A stretch of 27,323 bases of DNA from a virus (Duplodnaviria > Caudoviricetes): positions 1 to 27,323 of IMG/VR virus record IMGVR_UViG_3300020382_000112. The stretch is one strand, 5' to 3'. Below, piece by piece: positions 26,213-27,323 of the stretch (its first letter is position 1; the number at the start of each line of letters is the position of its first letter). Under the pieces are notes generated by a model. The model saw only the letters and a list, made by a program, of their open reading frames with translations, was not told the origin of the DNA and did no database searches. Both the position numbers and the translations under genes were made by a program.

Positions 26213-26935
26213 ATGTGGAAATCAGCGGTATTACTCATGTTGCTCTCTACTTTAACAGTAGCCCAAGAGTCTGAGCCGATGGGGGACACATCTTCAGACA
26301 ACAATCAAGATGGATCACTCAACACTAATACCGTAGGAAGCACTGTTAGTAGTAACAATGTCAGTGTGGATGAGTCAAAAACAACTAACTACAGCGGTGG
26401 CAACTCCAGTGGGATGCCAGTAGGTTCGGCTATTGCTCCGTCTTATATGAGCAATGGCATGGAGACTTGTCTACAAGGTAGCGGTGGCTCAATTCAAACT
26501 GGCCTCATAGGTATTACTAAGGGGTCTTATCAAGCAGACCCAGACTGTAACCGCAGACGCGACAGTAAACTGTTATCTGACTTAGGTATGAAGGTAGCGG
26601 CCATAGCGTTGATGTGTTCTGACGTAAAAGTTTGGAGGTCTTTATTTATCTCTGCCACACCTTGCCCAATCCTGATCAAAGGTAAGTTAATTGTAGGCAA
26701 ACGAGCATTCTTAGTGATGAAAAGTGAGCCTAGCCTGCACATACCGGACTACGGTGAAGTGAAAGTTAAACGAGCGGCAACTTGGACTAAGAAGCCACCC
26801 ATACCGATATACACAAAAACTCAACTTTACTACAACCAAATCTTAGGCATTGGAGCGAAAGAGAATGAAATTGAAATCGAAGACAGCGGCTCTACTTTGT
26901 CTGTGTCTGAGCAGTTCCGTAGCTCAGTCGAATGA
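26213..26935 (+). CDS. Secreted Cys-containing hypothetical protein
   Basis: Start moved to ATG 26213 (MWKSAVLLMLLSTLTVAQ, signal-peptide-like); SAIAPS, C..GS, D..C.RR, LGMKVAA..LMC, TPCP. Confidence 0.7.
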   Translation: MWKSAVLLMLLSTLTVAQESEPMGDTSSDNNQDGSLNTNTVGSTVSSNNVSVDESKTTNYSGGNSSGMPVGSAIAPSYMSNGMETCLQGSGGSIQTGLIGITKGSYQADPDCNRRRDSKLLSDLGMKVAAIALMCSDVKVWRSLFISATPCPILIKGKLIVGKRAFLVMKSEPSLHIPDYGEVKVKRAATWTKKPPIPIYTKTQLYYNQILGIGAKENEIEIEDSGSTLSVSEQFRSSVE

Positions 26936-27323
26936 GTTAGACGATCTAATAAACACTTCTAGTGCCATTGTTGCCCAAATAAAAACTGGTGTTCTAATGA
27001 CAGGCACAGCGATGGCTTATGCTAACACTGGTGCAGGGCTGTCCAACGGTGAAATGGCAGGCACAGCATATATTAGTACTGCTCAAGTCGAGGCTTATAA
27101 TTCAGCATTAAGCGGTTATTCGACTTACCTACCTTATGGGTCGAGCCAAACCTATCTTGAAGAACAAGCGCAAGCACAGATCGAATTAATGAATGAAGCG
27201 GTTAGTACGTTTGTCGAGGTCGTTGTCGATATATTGGCTGTACAAGAGATAGCTGAATTATCAGCCGATGCGGATACTCCAGATGATCAGGCCGCTCTAC
27301 AGACTTATATCGCTGACAACACT
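26865..27323 (+). CDS. Secreted hypothetical protein, runs off the window (MKLKSKTAALLCLCLSSSVAQSNELDDLINTS...)
   Basis: Not in the track; open 153 codons to the edge. SD GGAG; signal-peptide-like N-terminus; overlaps the previous gene by 71 nt. Confidence 0.75.
   Translation, partial: MKLKSKTAALLCLCLSSSVAQSNELDDLINTSSAIVAQIKTGVLMTGTAMAYANTGAGLSNGEMAGTAYISTAQVEAYNSALSGYSTYLPYGSSQTYLEEQAQAQIELMNEAVSTFVEVVVDILAVQEIAELSADADTPDDQAALQTYIADNT

Larger units (their letters stand above)
1..27323. mobile_element. Segment of a tailed dsDNA phage genome (podovirus-like morphogenesis arm plus start of a divergent early arm)
   Basis: Terminase, portal, scaffold, major capsid, tail, fibre and endolysin genes are densely packed. 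No tape measure, sheath, integrase or host housekeeping gene is visible in the window. Confidence 0.95.

Overview
The whole window reads as part of a tailed dsDNA phage genome with podovirus-type morphogenesis genes. Positions 1-972 hold four small, translationally coupled minus-strand ORFs (early-gene-like) behind a sigma70-like promoter. A structured non-coding junction (~973-1668) separates them from a ~25.6 kb plus-strand virion arm, and may contain the genome terminus. The arm encodes, in order: a gp10-C-like appendage protein, tail nozzle/stabilisation protein, coiled-coil J-like spike and chaperone, a cupin, three putative ejection proteins (the largest ending in a HExxH domain), TerS, TerL, portal, scaffold, SU10/DUF5309-like major capsid, adaptor, three fibre proteins, small proteins, putative holin, M15 endolysin and two secreted proteins. 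The most notable unexplained signals are: (i) a post-capsid terminator hairpin whose loop is complementary to the next gene's Shine-Dalgarno region; (ii) a 32-bp G-U-rich plus-strand hairpin with a similar C-rich loop in the junction; (iii) consecutive fibre proteins with matching C-terminal DGG-F-like tails and N-terminal IKxKRS domains, suggesting daisy-chain assembly; (iv) apparent GCWGC avoidance. All family assignments come from motif recognition by eye, not from database searches.
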